From Octopus bimaculoides (taxonomy: Eukaryota), in contig NC_068981.1 in the NCBI RefSeq assembly GCF_001194135.2, forward strand, positions 134,022,179 through 134,075,702: DNA of 53,524 nucleotides, read 5' to 3'. Each line of letters opens with the position of its first letter. The first letter of the stretch is position 1. Of this stretch, positions 21,800 to 34,542 are shown piece after piece. Position numbers and translations under genes: made by a program. The notes under the pieces are model-generated. The model did not search any database, had not been told where the DNA came from, and worked only from the letters and a program-made list of their open reading frames with translations.

Positions 21800-21805
21800 A
21801 ATAAA
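21800..21805 (+). terminator. Candidate polyadenylation signal AATAAA for DUSP12
   Basis: AATAAA 54 nt after the stop (ATTAAA also at 21781), followed by T-rich sequence; no transcript evidence. Confidence 0.45.
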
Positions 21806-22930
21806 GGGTAGGAGGGGGGATGATATACTTTTTTATTTTTTTAATTTTCTTCTTTTGATCCTTTCAAATCCACAGCTGCTGGCAGCCATATCACATGTAT
21901 GTACTACATACTTAAGTCCTTTACTCCTGATGGAGCATAGGCTATCATCGACTTTCTTCCACTGGTCTTGACTTGTGGTGGGGCTGTCTCCTGGTGATCA
22001 GAAAAGGGGTCAGCCTTGCAGTTTCCTTTTGACTTTTGCTATACCACATAAAGCCTTCCTCTCCCAGGTTTTGTTTGTTATGAATTGTCATCTATNNNNN
22101 NNNNNNNNNNNNNNNNNNNNNNNNNNNNNNNNNNNNNNNNNNNNNNNNNNNNNNNNNNNNNNNNNNNNNNNNNNNNNNNNNNNNNNNNNNNNNNNNNNNN
22201 NNNNNNNNNNNNNNNNNNNNNNNNNNNNNNNNNNNNNNNNNNNNNNNNNNNNNNNNNNNNNNNNNNNNNNNNNNNNNNNNNNNNNNNNNNNNNNNNNNNN
22301 NNNNNNNNNNNNNNNNNNNNNNNNNNNNNNNNNNNNNNNNNNNNNNNNNNNNNNNNNNNNNNNNNNNNNNNNNNNNNNNNNNNNNNNNNNNNNNNNNNNN
22401 NNNNNNNNNNNNNNNNNNNNNNNNNNNNNNNNNNNNNNNNNNNNNNNNNNNNNNNNNNNNNNNNNNNNNNNNNNNNNNNNNNNNNNNNNNNNNNNNNNNN
22501 NNNNNNNNNNNNNNNNNNNNNNNNNNNNNNNNNNNNNNNNNNNNNNNNNNNNNNNNNNNNNNNNNNNNNNNNNNNNNNNNNNNNNNNNNNNNNNNNNNNN
22601 NNNNNNNNNNNNNNNNNNNNNNNNNNNNNNNNNNNNNNNNNNNNNNNNNNNNNNNNNNNNNNNNNNNNNNNNNNNNNNNNNNNNNNNNNNNNNNNNNNNN
22701 NNNNNNNNNNNNNNNNNNNNNNNNNNNNNNNNNNNNNNNNNNNNNNNNNNNNNNNNNNNNNNNNNNTTTGACCACCTCCTGCACCTACACCTTAGCCCTT
22801 TCATGGCGTCTGATGTGGCTTTTTAAACCAGACAGTGTTTTGAAAAAACACCCACACAGATTGCACCTCTGATTTGCACTACCAATATATATATATATAT
22901 ATATACTTGTATGTGTGTATATATATAGAT

Positions 22931-22979
<49 letters not shown>

Positions 22980-23865
22980 TACATACTTTTAGAGTTTATC
23001 CAAGCTTTCAATTTTGTCATTTTCTTCTTATAAGAATGTAGCATTTAAACATCAAATAAGTGTTATAAAGATAATCTTTTTATGAAGTTTGTGAAGATTT
23101 TATGATGACATCTGCCAGCCAAAATATTTCTTTCAGTGACTGTGAACCCAGTTCATTACTATTCTCATCCTTGTACCATCAGATCAACAAATAGCCCCTG
23201 GTTATTTCCTTAACAAGCATTCACCCCTGTGATTGGTTTGGGGCTGTTCTCAGCAAATTGCATAAAGGCTTGTTGTCCATTTACTGTTTCACATTATGAA
23301 TGCACTGCCAATACATTCTTCCATGTCGACTTTTGCTTCTCATTATGGCTGGCAGCAAGTATGGACAGAGTACTAAAATTACTTTGACAGATGTTACTGT
23401 GCAATGAAATAGTAAAAATTACTTTTTTACTCCAGAACAATATCTACTATTTGTCACTTTAGCGATTTTGTTATTACTGAAAAATTCCATGCTGTCAGTT
23501 GCTCTGATTAGGAAAGCTTTATAAATAATTCTAGAAATAATTTGTGTAAACTTCTAAAGAATCAAATATCTTTTGCACTAAAAATGAGATTGAAAAACCT
23601 AAAACAGAATATGTTGTAAATTTTGTCAAATATGTTGTTGTACAATAAATATTAAAATATTCGTCTTTTTATTTTTTTCCATCATAGACATCATCTTCAT
23701 TACATCATGATTATTATAATTAAATTTTACTTCTCAGGGCTCTCGATCTTAACTTGTTCCAGTTAATTCTGTGAGAGTGGACAGCAGCCTGTGATCAAAC
23801 GTCTCCTTCCCTCCTCCTTCTCATCATCTTCATCATCATCACCCTCATCTTCATATATCATCATC

Positions 23866-24240
23866 ATCAGGAGTGGCTGTGTGGTAAGAAGCTTGCTTCC
23901 CAACCACATGGTTCTGGGTTCAGTCCCACTGTGTGGCACCTTGGGCAAGTATCTTCTACTATAGCCTCAGGTCAACCAAAGTGGATTTGGTAGACAGAAA
24001 CTAAAAAGAAGCTTGTCATATATAATATATATATATGTATATATTTGTGTGTCTGTATTTGTCCTCCCTACCATTACTAGACAACCGATGTTGGTGTGTT
24101 TACGTCCTCGTAACTTAGCAGTTTGGCAAAATAGACTGATAGAATAAGTACTAGGCTTACAAAGAATAAGGTCTAGGGTCGATTTGTTCGGCTAAAGGCA
24201 GTGCTACAGCATGGCTGCAGTCAAATGACTGAAACAAGTA
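23866..24240 (+). mobile_element. SINE family A, near full length
   Basis: caggagtggctgtgtggtaagaagcttgcttcc...gactgaaacaagta. Confidence 0.88.
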
Positions 24241-24749
24241 AATGAAGATTAGAGAAGATCATCATCATCACCAGCATCATCATCTTCAAGGCAGCAGGGT
24301 GGTTGAATTAGGGCATTGGAAATATTGTTTAGAAGTATGTGATCCAGTTCTTTACTTTCTGATTTCAAATCCTACCAATGTCAGCTTTGTCTTTCAGCCC
24401 TTCAGTGTTGATGAAATAAAGTACCAGTCCTTTACTGGGGTCAGTGGTGTTGACTCAACCCCACTTCACTCAAAATTGCTGGTCTTGCGCCTAACTTAGA
24501 AGCAATTTGAGCTAGCAGAATCCTTAGCATGTCAGACAAAATGGTTAGCAGCATACCCTCCAGTGGCAATGGTAGCAACCACCACTACCATCAGCAGCAG
24601 CAGCATCATGTAATGTCTAGCTTCCATGCTGGCATGGGCTGAACTGCTTGACAGGGCCTGATGAGAATAAGAGAAAGGCATCATACTCCAGTGTCTATTT
24701 TGACATGGTTTCTACAGCTAGATGCCCTTCCTAACACCAACCACTTTAA

Positions 24750-25421
24750 CCCTTTTGATACCAACCCAGCTGAAACTGCTTCTGGCTCTGAGTACAAATG
24801 TCTTGTTTTTTTTATAAGTTTTGAATGAAAAGCTTCCACCAAACCTTAGTCACAATTTATGTTCCTAACACCAGCTTAATGATAACTAGGTTATTTTATT
24901 AAATTCTTTGTTATCATCATCATCATCATCATCATTTAACGTCCGCTTTCCATGCTAGCATGGGTTGGACAATTTGACTGAGGACTGGTGAACCAGATGG
25001 CTACACCAGGCTCCAATCTGATTTGGCAGAGTTTCTACAGCTGGATGTCCTTCCTAATGCCAACCACTCCAAGAGTGTAGTGGGTGCTTTTACGTTCCAC
25101 CGGCACGAAGGCCAGTCAGGTGGTACTGGCAATGGCTACGCTCAGAATGGTGTATTTTATGTACCACCTGCACAGGAGCCAGTCCAGCGGCACTAGCAAC
25201 AATCTCGCTTGAATGTCTTTACAAGTGCCAGGAAGGCGACACTTGCCCCAACAGGTCTTCGAAAGCTGAGTTTAATGTCCAATGAAGGAGACGATGTTGG
25301 CATGGGAGCCAGTTGAATTTAGTTCGATTTCGATTTCACTTGCCTCAACAGGTCTTCTTTATATTTAAAATTAATTGAAAAAAACACATAGCATCTCAAC
25401 AGAAATACAGTAACAAAAGGG
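24750..25421. mobile_element. piggyBac-type MITE (family E) interrupted by a family B element (about 24914-25350)
   Basis: TTAA at 24746-24749 and 25422-25425; TIR CCCTTTTGATAC / GTAACAAAAGGG; uninterrupted sister copy at 32718-32932. Confidence 0.85.
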
Positions 25422-25713
25422 TTAAAAAGTGTACTGGATGCTTTTTTCATGGCTCCAGCAATGCATGGAAAACAGTTATTGCGATATATATCATGTATTG
25501 ATATTGTATATCAAAACTTAGGATGAGATATTGGACAGCACAGATTTAGAGATATTCCCATATTTAAGCAGGACTTAATTTGTCAACCCCAAAAAGATGA
25601 ACGGCAAATTTGACCTCAACAGGATTTGAATTTATCTTCTGAGTTCAAATCCTATCAAGGTAAACTTTGCCTTTCAACCTTTTTAATGTCAATTAAAATA
25701 CCAATCAGTTTAA

Positions 25714-25932
25714 CTCTTTAGCATTCAGATTACTCTGTCAAATATAATGCTTGTTTATTCACATTTTAAATTTATCATTCATTACCTTGCAGCTTCAAGA
25801 TTTTGATGATGTGATTGTGTATTTTTAGAATGACATTGTAGAGTAGGTGTGAAAGGTCAGATCTGTCTGATCTGAACTTAAAACAGGAAACAATATTTGG
25901 GCTGGATATGGCTGGTTTAATATGCTAAAAGG
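25714..25932. mobile_element. piggyBac-type MITE family D
   Basis: TTAA on both sides; ends ctctttagcatt / tatgctaaaagg. Confidence 0.85.
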
Positions 25933-26143
25933 TTAATTGACTATTTCATCATTATCAATTTCCTCATTGAATGTCTCTTTTCTGTGCTGGTATGGGTTGG
26001 ATGTTTGACTATATCCAGTAAGCCATGGGCTCTCATGTCATCTTTGACATAATTTTTTTTTGACTGGATGCTCTTACTAACATCTACTACATTCCAGTGT
26101 GTACTAGGTGCTTTCTTTTCTTTCATGCTGCAGTACTAGTGAA

Positions 26144-26527
26144 CAGAGCCGGATTAAAACCCATAGAGGCCCTAAGGACTTAAGATAGTTTGGTGCCCCC
26201 ATATAAATGCAATTCAAAATATAAACAATAATAATTCATAAAATAAATTTTAATTCTTCAAAACAAAACAAAACTAATGTTTATTTTTGTATACTTCCAC
26301 TTTATATTTGAGAAGTTTTCCCCTACTTTTTTTTTTTAATTGCAAAGTCTGATCAGATCCTCACTATGACACTACAAACACTTTGAATTTATATTTCCAA
26401 TCATATAAACCTCTTCTAATATTATTTTAGCAAGTTTAAAGTGTGCTGTAAACCTTTTCTGTGGGGCCCACTTTCCTTTGATGCCCTAAGCACGTGCTTA
26501 TTTTGCTTAATGGTTAATCCAGCACTG
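26144..26527. mobile_element. hAT-type MITE
   Basis: Imperfect TIR CAGAGCCGGATTAA / TTAATCCAGCACTG; flanks CTAGTGAA / CTAGTGGG (6 of 8). Confidence 0.65.
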
Positions 26528-26974
26528 CTAGTGGGGTTAGCAAGTAACTTGCAAGACAGGAAAAGGGAAAAAGTAGCAGTGGCAGGATTAGAATAGGGGT
26601 GGTTGGTTTTATGTCAGGTGTTGAGAGGCTAAAGTATGATAGAAGAACAAGCACAGGTGTCTTACTATAGAAAAGATACATGACTACCCTGCATTATATA
26701 AGGGTGGTGAAAGGAGCTGGAAAGAAACTTAAGATGGTGGTAATAGGGTGCCAAAGCAAACTCTGAAGGTACAAGGAGGTGAGCATCAGTGAGAGTATGG
26801 ACGGTGAATTCTGTAAATTTGTAACATTGTACAAATGTTATAAATTACTATAACAGTCATGATATCGAAATGTTTGATGTATGAGGTGTGAAAAGAAGAA
26901 TGAGAAATGTTAGTATAGGGTTAGCATGGATTAATAAATATCCAAATGTCATTATCATGTGGCTATAGGTTCAG

Positions 26975-27340
26975 GTATGGTAGTGTGATTAAGAAGCTGA
27001 CTTTCTAACCACATGGTTCCAGGTTCAGTTCCACTGTGTGGCACCTTGGGCAAGTGTCACCTACTCTAGACATAGCCTTGGAAGTGAATTTGGTAGATTA
27101 AAACTGAAGAATTGTGTGTTCATGTCTATGTTGTGTTTGTTCCCTATCGCCATTTGACAACTAGCATTGGTTTGTTTATGTCCACATAACTTAGTGGTGT
27201 GGCAAAAAGAGACAACTAGAATAAGTACAAGACCAAAGAAAAAGTAAGTACTGGGTTCAATTTCTCTGACTAAAACTCATCAAGGCAGTGCCCCAGCATG
27301 GCCACAGTCCAGTGACTGTAACAAGTAAAAGATGAAAAAG
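26975..27340 (+). mobile_element. SINE family A, diverged
   Basis: Head, CORE-like segment and tail recognisable. Confidence 0.75.
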
Positions 27341-27565
27341 TTAAGGTCTCAACAGCATTATCTTCCTCTCCCCCTCCTCCTCCTCCTCATCATCTTTTAC
27401 ATCTGTTTTCCATGTGGGCATAGGTTGGAGTCATTCATCATAGTCCAAGAAAAAGAAAAACAATGAAATTTGATATGATGTGAGTTCTAAATGCATTTTA
27501 TCATGCTACCCCTGGATCCCCCACTACCCTTTTTTAGCTGTTCTTCAAGCTCTGCCATCCTAAAT

Positions 27566-27797
27566 TGGTATCCTGCAATGAGGTTTGCAGAGTCCACATC
27601 TCATGTTTTCCAGGACTGGGTATTCATTTTGTTACCAGCCACTTTACAGAGTGTATTGCATGCATTTTATCAAGCAGCCAGCACTAGAGAGGTCCCTTGA
27701 GAACTAAAGGGAGCCTCTCTGCTCTATATCAATTGTATTTAGTAATTGCCCTCCTAAATAGGTAACCTGCAATAAGGATTGCAGAGTCCATGTCTCT
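27566..27797. repeat. About 235-bp unit with 30-bp terminal direct repeats, copy 1
   Basis: High similarity to 28407-28647; begins cctgcaatgaggtttgcagagtccac, ends cctgcaataaggatttgcagagtccat. Confidence 0.85.
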
Positions 27798-27878
27798 CTT
27801 GATTTATTAATTGAATGGTATATCTTAGCTTTGTCAGTGCCCACCATCTTATACTCTCTCCATTCATTGCCCCCTTAA

Positions 27879-28073
27879 CTCTTTAGCATTTAAACTGACC
27901 ATATCCATCCCTGTTTTATGTTCAAACTTGCTAGACCTGACCTCTCATACCTACCCTACAATGTCATTCTAAAAGTAAACAGTCACACAATTAAAACCCC
28001 AAAGCTATGAGATAATACATGATTAATTCAAAACAATGTCAATAAATAAGTACTACATCTGAATGCTAAAGGA
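27879..28073. mobile_element. piggyBac-type MITE family D
   Basis: ttaa|ctctttagcatt...gaatgctaaagga. Confidence 0.75.
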
Positions 28074-28406
28074 CTAAAATAATGCACCCATTTATGTCAT
28101 TGATACTATAAATATTATCCCTTAAAAGACTAAATGGGCTTCTCTGTCCCATGCTATCTTTGGTAATCACTTCTTCTTTGGTGTGGTTTTCACAACTGGA
28201 GGTCATGGTAGTGGTGATGGTGGGAGGGGTTGGGAGTGTGGTGACTCTAACTAAATAGTTGATGTACTTTCATTTCCAGCTCAAGTCATTGATATAAAAA
28301 CCTAGAGAATTAACAAAAATGAAAAAGACTGAAGACAAATCATAATAGTCTTGGATTTAGACACAAAACCAGTAATTTTGAAGGAAGCGGGCACAGATGG
28401 AACTAT

Positions 28407-28647
28407 TGGTAGCCTGCAATGAGGTTTGCAGAGTCCACATCTCACTTGACCATGTTTTTCATGACTGGGTACTCACTTTGTTACCAGCCACTTTACAGAG
28501 TGTATTGCATGCATTTTATCAAGCAACCAGCACTAGAGAGGTCCCATGAGAACTAAAGAGAGTCTCTCTGCTCTTTATCAATTCTATTTAGTAATTACCC
28601 TCTTAAATAGGTAACCTGCAATAAGGCTTGCCAGAGCCCATGTCTCT
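28407..28647. repeat. About 235-bp unit with terminal direct repeats, copy 2, inside a degenerate SINE C
   Basis: Direct repeat of 27566-27797; TGGTA at 28407-28411 and 28647-28651. Confidence 0.85.
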
Positions 28648-29232
28648 GGTACTTCATTTTATTAACGCCTGGAGGTATGAAAGGCAAAGTTGACCTCAGT
28701 AGGATTTGGACTCAGAACACAAAGAGCTGGAAGCAGAACAGTTAAGCATTTTGTTCAGTGTTCCGATGATTGTAGCTATTTATTTGCTTCCAAAGACAAA
28801 CAAAAGTAGTTTATTAATTTAGGTAACAAGGCCAGCAGTTTGAGGGAGCTAAAGTAGTTGATATCATCAACCCCAGTAGAGACCACTAGAATAAAAGTAC
28901 TAAAGTAAACGTAAGTGTTAGATTCAATTTCAACTAAACTCTTCAAGGTGGTACCCCAGCATGGCCACTCAGTTCAATGACTGTAACTAGCAAAAAGATA
29001 AAAGGGATGAAAAGCAAAGTTGATTTGGTGGGATTTAAATTCAGAACATAAAGAGCCAAATTAAAAGCTGCTAGGAATTCGTTCCAATGCTCTAATCATT
29101 GTGCCAGCTCACAACCTTCCAATGACAAATAATAATGAATGGAAGAAATGGTAAGCCCATCCTTGAATTAGCTTTTCTCTTTGCCTCAGGTTTTTGGGGG
29201 TATGTTTGCTATCAGACCACTGTATAGATTAA

Positions 29233-29451
29233 GACTTTAGCATTTAAACTGGCCATACCTGACCCAAATATTCTACTTGAATTATGTTCAAACCAGCCAG
29301 GGTTGGTCTCTCATGCTGACCCTACAAAGTCATTCTAAAAATAAACAATCAGTCATCAAAATCTCAAAGTTACAAGATAATGCATGATTAATTCAAAACA
29401 ATATGAATAAATAAGCATTGCATTTGACAGAGTAATCTGAATGCTAAAGGG
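29233..29451. mobile_element. piggyBac-type MITE family D
   Basis: ttaa|gactttagcatt...aatgctaaaggg|tcaa. Confidence 0.75.
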
Positions 29452-30799
29452 TCAAATGCCTAGCTTATAGAGAGACTGAGTGAACCAAGTAAAGAGCTGA
29501 ATAAGCTACATTAATAAATTAGTACAAAGTGAAAGTCTTGTTCTGGGTAAATAAATTGGGTAAATAAATTCAATTTCATTTGCACAACAACAATTGCTTA
29601 ACCGACTTTATTTTATTTTGTCTGAGTTTTTAATTCTTTTGTATTCATTTTAATCTTCTTACAGTTTATTAAAACTGTAATTTGTGTAGTTTAGTTTCAG
29701 AGCTTAATTCTGATGCTGGAACAGATTTGTTAAACCCAGATTTTAATAATCAATCTCAGTAAATAGACTCTATAATATATGTATTACTGTTTGATTTTTC
29801 TCTTGTGTCTCTGATACACACTCAAGTAAATATACTTAATTCACTTACAGTTAGGAACTGCAGTTTATACATTGACAGAATTATCAATATTTCCCTGTGA
29901 AACTAATAAATCACATCTGAATCACTTGACTTTCTGTTCATACTTGTTACAAGCCACCTCCAAGATAATTTGATCAATTTCTTATAGCATTAGATAAGAC
30001 AGTACAATAACAGTTTTCTAATTTATTTACTTAGTTCCACATGCTGGACACATCATCTTAGTTCTGTCAGTGGTCTAACTAGATAAATGCATTAGAACAA
30101 AACTTGCTTTTTGTATAGTTCTGTTGGCTTTGTCTCAGGAAACCAGTGTTTTGTAGGATAATACCAAGGAACTAAGAGGCCATAATGATTTAATCAATAC
30201 TACCATTATCTTCCATAGAGCTGAAGATATTAGACAGATGTTTTCAATTCTAATTCTTGCCATTAAAGATGTTAACAATATCTCGTTTTCCAACTGAAAT
30301 TATTTCCTGGTATTGGTATTATACCATTTCCCAATTACCTCTGTCTTTGTTATCGGCAGCCTTGAAACTTTATTGATAGCAATCAGTTTCCTATAAGCTG
30401 TGTTATTTGTGCTTACCGGGCTCTCTATTCTCAAACCACAAAAGGAATTCTATTCCATAAAATAAAACTCTTTCTTTTTGTCTTCCCTCCCAGAACAACA
30501 AAATGGTCATAAAATTTACTTGAGATTACATAGTAACTTTTGTAGTGTTATTTCTGTGACCTTAATCTTTTGTATCAATAAATGATTAACCATATGGAGA
30601 TCTTCATGCACATTTACATCCTGTCATAAATATATTTATAAATGAGTTTGGTGAAAGTTATTCTCTTCTTTATGTTCCTGCGATTTCATTAGTTTTGGTT
30701 ACTTAAAAGTGTCTGGTCACATATTTTATTCATAAGTATTGCTCTTCTCTTGATTTACTGACCACAAGCGAAAAGCAACTAATTGTTTTGTCTGTAAAC

Positions 30800-31505
30800 C
30801 AGCGGTTCACAACTGGGGTCCACATGACCCTTGAGGGTCCATATAAGAGTTTATTGTTAAAATTCATGTGCAATAAATTGGTTCTTTTACAATACATAAA
30901 GTATGTTAATTTTTTATACAATTTCTAATACAGGACATCATCAACTTACAACCTATCCGACTTACAACCGATTGACTTTATGATGATTGATGCACCAGCT
31001 CCTAGCAGCAATAATATACAGTCCAGTTGAAATCTAATGGGTTTAATTTCTTAGAAATTAATCTATCTACGAATGACGTCAGCTAATAAACACTTACCCT
31101 AGGTTTGGTTTTCAGTTGCCACTAGTGTTATCCCAAGTGTTGGGTGAATATCCTGTCATGGAGACATCAAGGCAACCTCGTATGTGTTTATTAGATGACT
31201 GCTTGAGACAAATAACACTGTTGTAGTATAATACAAAAAGCTGTGTGTGACTTTTACCTGAGAATGTACCTTAAGAATGTAAAAATATAAAACAAGGCTA
31301 TGTAGTCTTCTTATAGGCTGACTTACAACCAAATCGACTTACAACCAGTCAGTCGGAACTAATTGTGGTCATAAGTTGACAATGACCTGTATTTAATTAT
31401 AAAAAATATAATAGGATTTTTTAAACATCAAATGGCTACATGAGTCCATCCGAGTAAAATAGAAATCAAAGGGGTCCACAGGTAAAATATGGTTGAGAAC
31501 CACTG
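30800..31505. mobile_element. hAT-type non-autonomous element carrying a nested Tigger-like MITE
   Basis: TIR CAGCGGTTCACAAC / GTTGAGAACCACTG; TSD CTGTAAAC / CTCTAAAC (7 of 8). Confidence 0.85.
30931..31389. mobile_element. Tigger/pogo-like MITE
   Basis: TA on both sides; TIR caggacatcatcaacttac / ataagttgacaatgacctg (15 of 19); repeated gacttacaacc subterminal motifs. Confidence 0.8.
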
Positions 31506-32717
31506 CTCTAAACAGTCACTTGAAACTGATAGAAATAGGAATCAAATCTTTAAAATGAAAGAACATTTTGTGTAATGTAGTCTTTAATATATAAAAAAAA
31601 AAGCATGACCAAAGTTAGAACGGTCTTGATTGGCTCGAGGCTATAGCAGAAGACACTACTATCGACAAGGTGTCATTGAGTGCAATTGAACCCAAAGCTG
31701 TGTGGTTGTAATGTGAAATTCTAACCCACATAGCCATATCTGTATTTTTAAACATCCATTATGTTTATAAATATGAACACAACTGAGATGATATAAAACA
31801 ACCTGTTGGATTCCTGAATACGAACAACCATGAATAATATGACTTTTAACTGATAATATTGGTTTTCACTAATAAAGTTAAGCTTGAAATCAATAATCTT
31901 TTTCTTTTCTTACTGATACAAGTTATTTTTAGTTGCACAAAAACTTTTTACTGAAGTACTAAATGGATAACTGTAATGACATTCTATAGATACTGAATGT
32001 TAAAACATGGTAAACTTGGACATTGTTTTATTAGATAAATGTCATAGATGTGGGAGCACGGCTATGTGATTTAAGAAGTTAGCTTCAGAACCCTGTGGAT
32101 AGGAGTTCAGTTATTGCATGGATGCTATTGGTTGGTCAACTTGGGAGTAAAACTGGCAGAGAGAAACTGCTAGCTGTTTTGTATAATGTGAATCATTGGT
32201 TGGATTAAAATCTTATTAGGGACATAGACATCAGAACTAAAAAAGACAAGAAAGAAGTAATAGCTGTTGACCCCTCATATGGCAAAATCAATGGGAGAAT
32301 TCATTATATATAGATATTTATGACTTCATTTTAAAGGATCCAAGGGAGCTATAAGGTGAAGTTTAAGCACTCAGCTCTGAGTGCACTGTTTCTACTAGCA
32401 GAAACAACTGTAAGCCAATGAAGTTGATGACAAAATTCCTGTTTCTTGTCATTCCATTAATTCACACACACACACACAAACACACACATACATACATACA
32501 TACATACCTATATACATGTGTGTGTGTATGTTTGTATATGTGTATATATACACATATATGTATGAACTCACACATACATACATACATACATACATACGTA
32601 CATACGTACATACATACATACATNNNNNNNNNNTCAACTCAACTACTTTGGTTCTTGTTTTCTTGCAGAGGAAGCAGAAAGGTCAAGACAGTCATTTGTA
32701 TCCATTGCCTGGCTGAA

Positions 32718-32932
32718 CCCTTTCATTATCAATCCGGCTGAAACCGGCTCTGGCTCTGAGTACAAATGTCGTTTTCATAAGCTTTGAATTAAAATCTTCC
32801 ACCAAACCTTAGTCAAAATTTATGTTCCTAACAGTAGCTGAATAACTAAGCTATTTTACAAAATTCTTTGTTATATTTAAAGTAATTGAAAGAAACACAG
32901 AGCATCTCAAAATATATACAGTAATGAAAGAG
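32718..32932. mobile_element. piggyBac-type MITE family E
   Basis: Colinear with both halves of 24750-25421; TTAA at 32933-32936. Confidence 0.8.
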
Positions 32933-33482
32933 TTAACATCACCACTTGGTGATCATTCTCTTGCAAGTAACTTTCTTTCTCCCATTACTCACAGACTCCT
33001 TTAAAAGGGCTGTTATTTTTCCTATGATTAAACCATTAATAAAAGGGGCTAAAAACAAAACTAATTGAAATATTATAAGATATTGTTTGGATATGAGACA
33101 TGAGACCAACAGTAACATTCTCACCAGTTATATGCCATAATCAGTAATATACTGCTTGATAATATACATATATACGTGTGTGTGTTTGTGTGTGTGTGTG
33201 TGTGTGTTTGTGCGTGTGCACGCACACATGTGTCTGTGTGTCTGTCTGTATCTCTGTGTGTGTGTTTGTATGTGTGTGTGTGTGTGTGTATGTGTATTCT
33301 ACATTTCTAGCTTGCTATGAAAATGTGTTCAGTCATGCAGAAATATCTTGCTTGGATAAAAGGTGAGGTTTGGCAATAGGAAGAGCATCCTGTCATATGT
33401 ATCTACGTCAACAAATTCCATATGACCCATGCAAGCATGGAAAATTGGATATTAAAACAATGATGATGAGGATGATGATATA

Positions 33483-34225
33483 CAGGTTGCAATGAATAAA
33501 CTGTCGTCTAAATTACACAAAAATGAAAATAACACTGACATCTCATTTTAAAAGATATATTTACCAAAATTACATAAAAATATCTTGAAATACTAAAGAG
33601 TAAATTTATTCAAGAAAATCGCCATTGGCTTCAACCACAGCCTCCAGATAACTTCGGAATCTCCATCAACTCTTCTGGACAGTCTCCTTGTTTAAGTTGG
33701 TGAATACTGCCATAATCCTTGCCTTCAGTGCATCTTTGGTGCTACAAGGAGTTTTGTTGGTCTCTTGCTCAACTGTGCCCCACACATAAAATCAAGGGAG
33801 TTGCAGTCTGGAGAATTAGGTGGCCAGATGTTAGGGGTGATGTGGTTGCAGAAATTATCTGACAGTCATGACTGGATTCTCCTGTTTGTGTTGCATGGTG
33901 CACAGTCCTGTTGCCAGACACAGGGTCTTCCAGCAGCCACCTTCTTCAGCCAGGACAGCACTACCTCCTCCATGATGAGTCTGAGGCCGTGTGGGAAGAT
34001 GAATGGAGGCATAACATTGCTATCACTAGTGGTCACTTCAAACACCATGATGTTGACTGGATGTTTCATTTTTATCACTCTTGGTACATGTCCTCAGATT
34101 GCACAATCCTCAGATTGACACCCAAACACTCTAAAATGTTCATATTGGAGCATCTGGTATGAATGCCCGGAGGGGAACCTCTTAAGTGCACCCATGGTCA
34201 TTCGTGACAAACTGAATCAAGTCAT
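33483..34225 (-). mobile_element. Tc1/mariner superfamily DD37D (maT-type) transposon remnant with transposase pseudogene (about 33606-34140)
   Basis: KHPVNIMVF..VMPPFIFPHG..WQQDCAP..WPPNSPDCNSLD; 37 residues between the 2nd and 3rd Asp by manual count; two in-frame TGA and at least one frameshift; one terminus TA|CAGGTTGC at 33481. Confidence 0.85.
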
Positions 34226-34284
34226 ACATACATACATACATACATACATACATACATACATACATACATACATGTATATATATA

Positions 34285-34452
34285 TCATCATCATTTAACG
34301 TCCGCTTTCCATGCTAGCATGTGTTGGACGATTTGACTGGGGGACTTGTGAACCAGATGGCTACACCAGACTCCAATCTGATCTGGCAGAGTTTCTACAG
34401 CTGGATGCCCTTCCTAATGCCAACCACTTCGAGAGTGTAGTGGGTGCTTTTT
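34285..34452 (-). mobile_element. Family B retroposon 3' fragment
   Basis: catcatcatcatttaacgtccgctttccatgctagcatg...; lies within a (TACA)/(CA) microsatellite. Confidence 0.8.
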
Positions 34453-34500
34453 ATCCAGAATGATGATATACATACATACAAACATATACATACAAACATA

Positions 34501-34542
<42 letters not shown>

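Noticed and set aside
32218-32315. Peptide KKEVIAVDPS, reminiscent of CNG-channel N-termini
   Set aside because: The following residues do not match and a stop follows; likely chance.
32669-32717. Exon-like segment after a strong acceptor (EEAERSRQSFVSIAWL or RKQKGQDSHLYPLPG*)
   Set aside because: No donor, runs into a MITE, no homology or partner exons.
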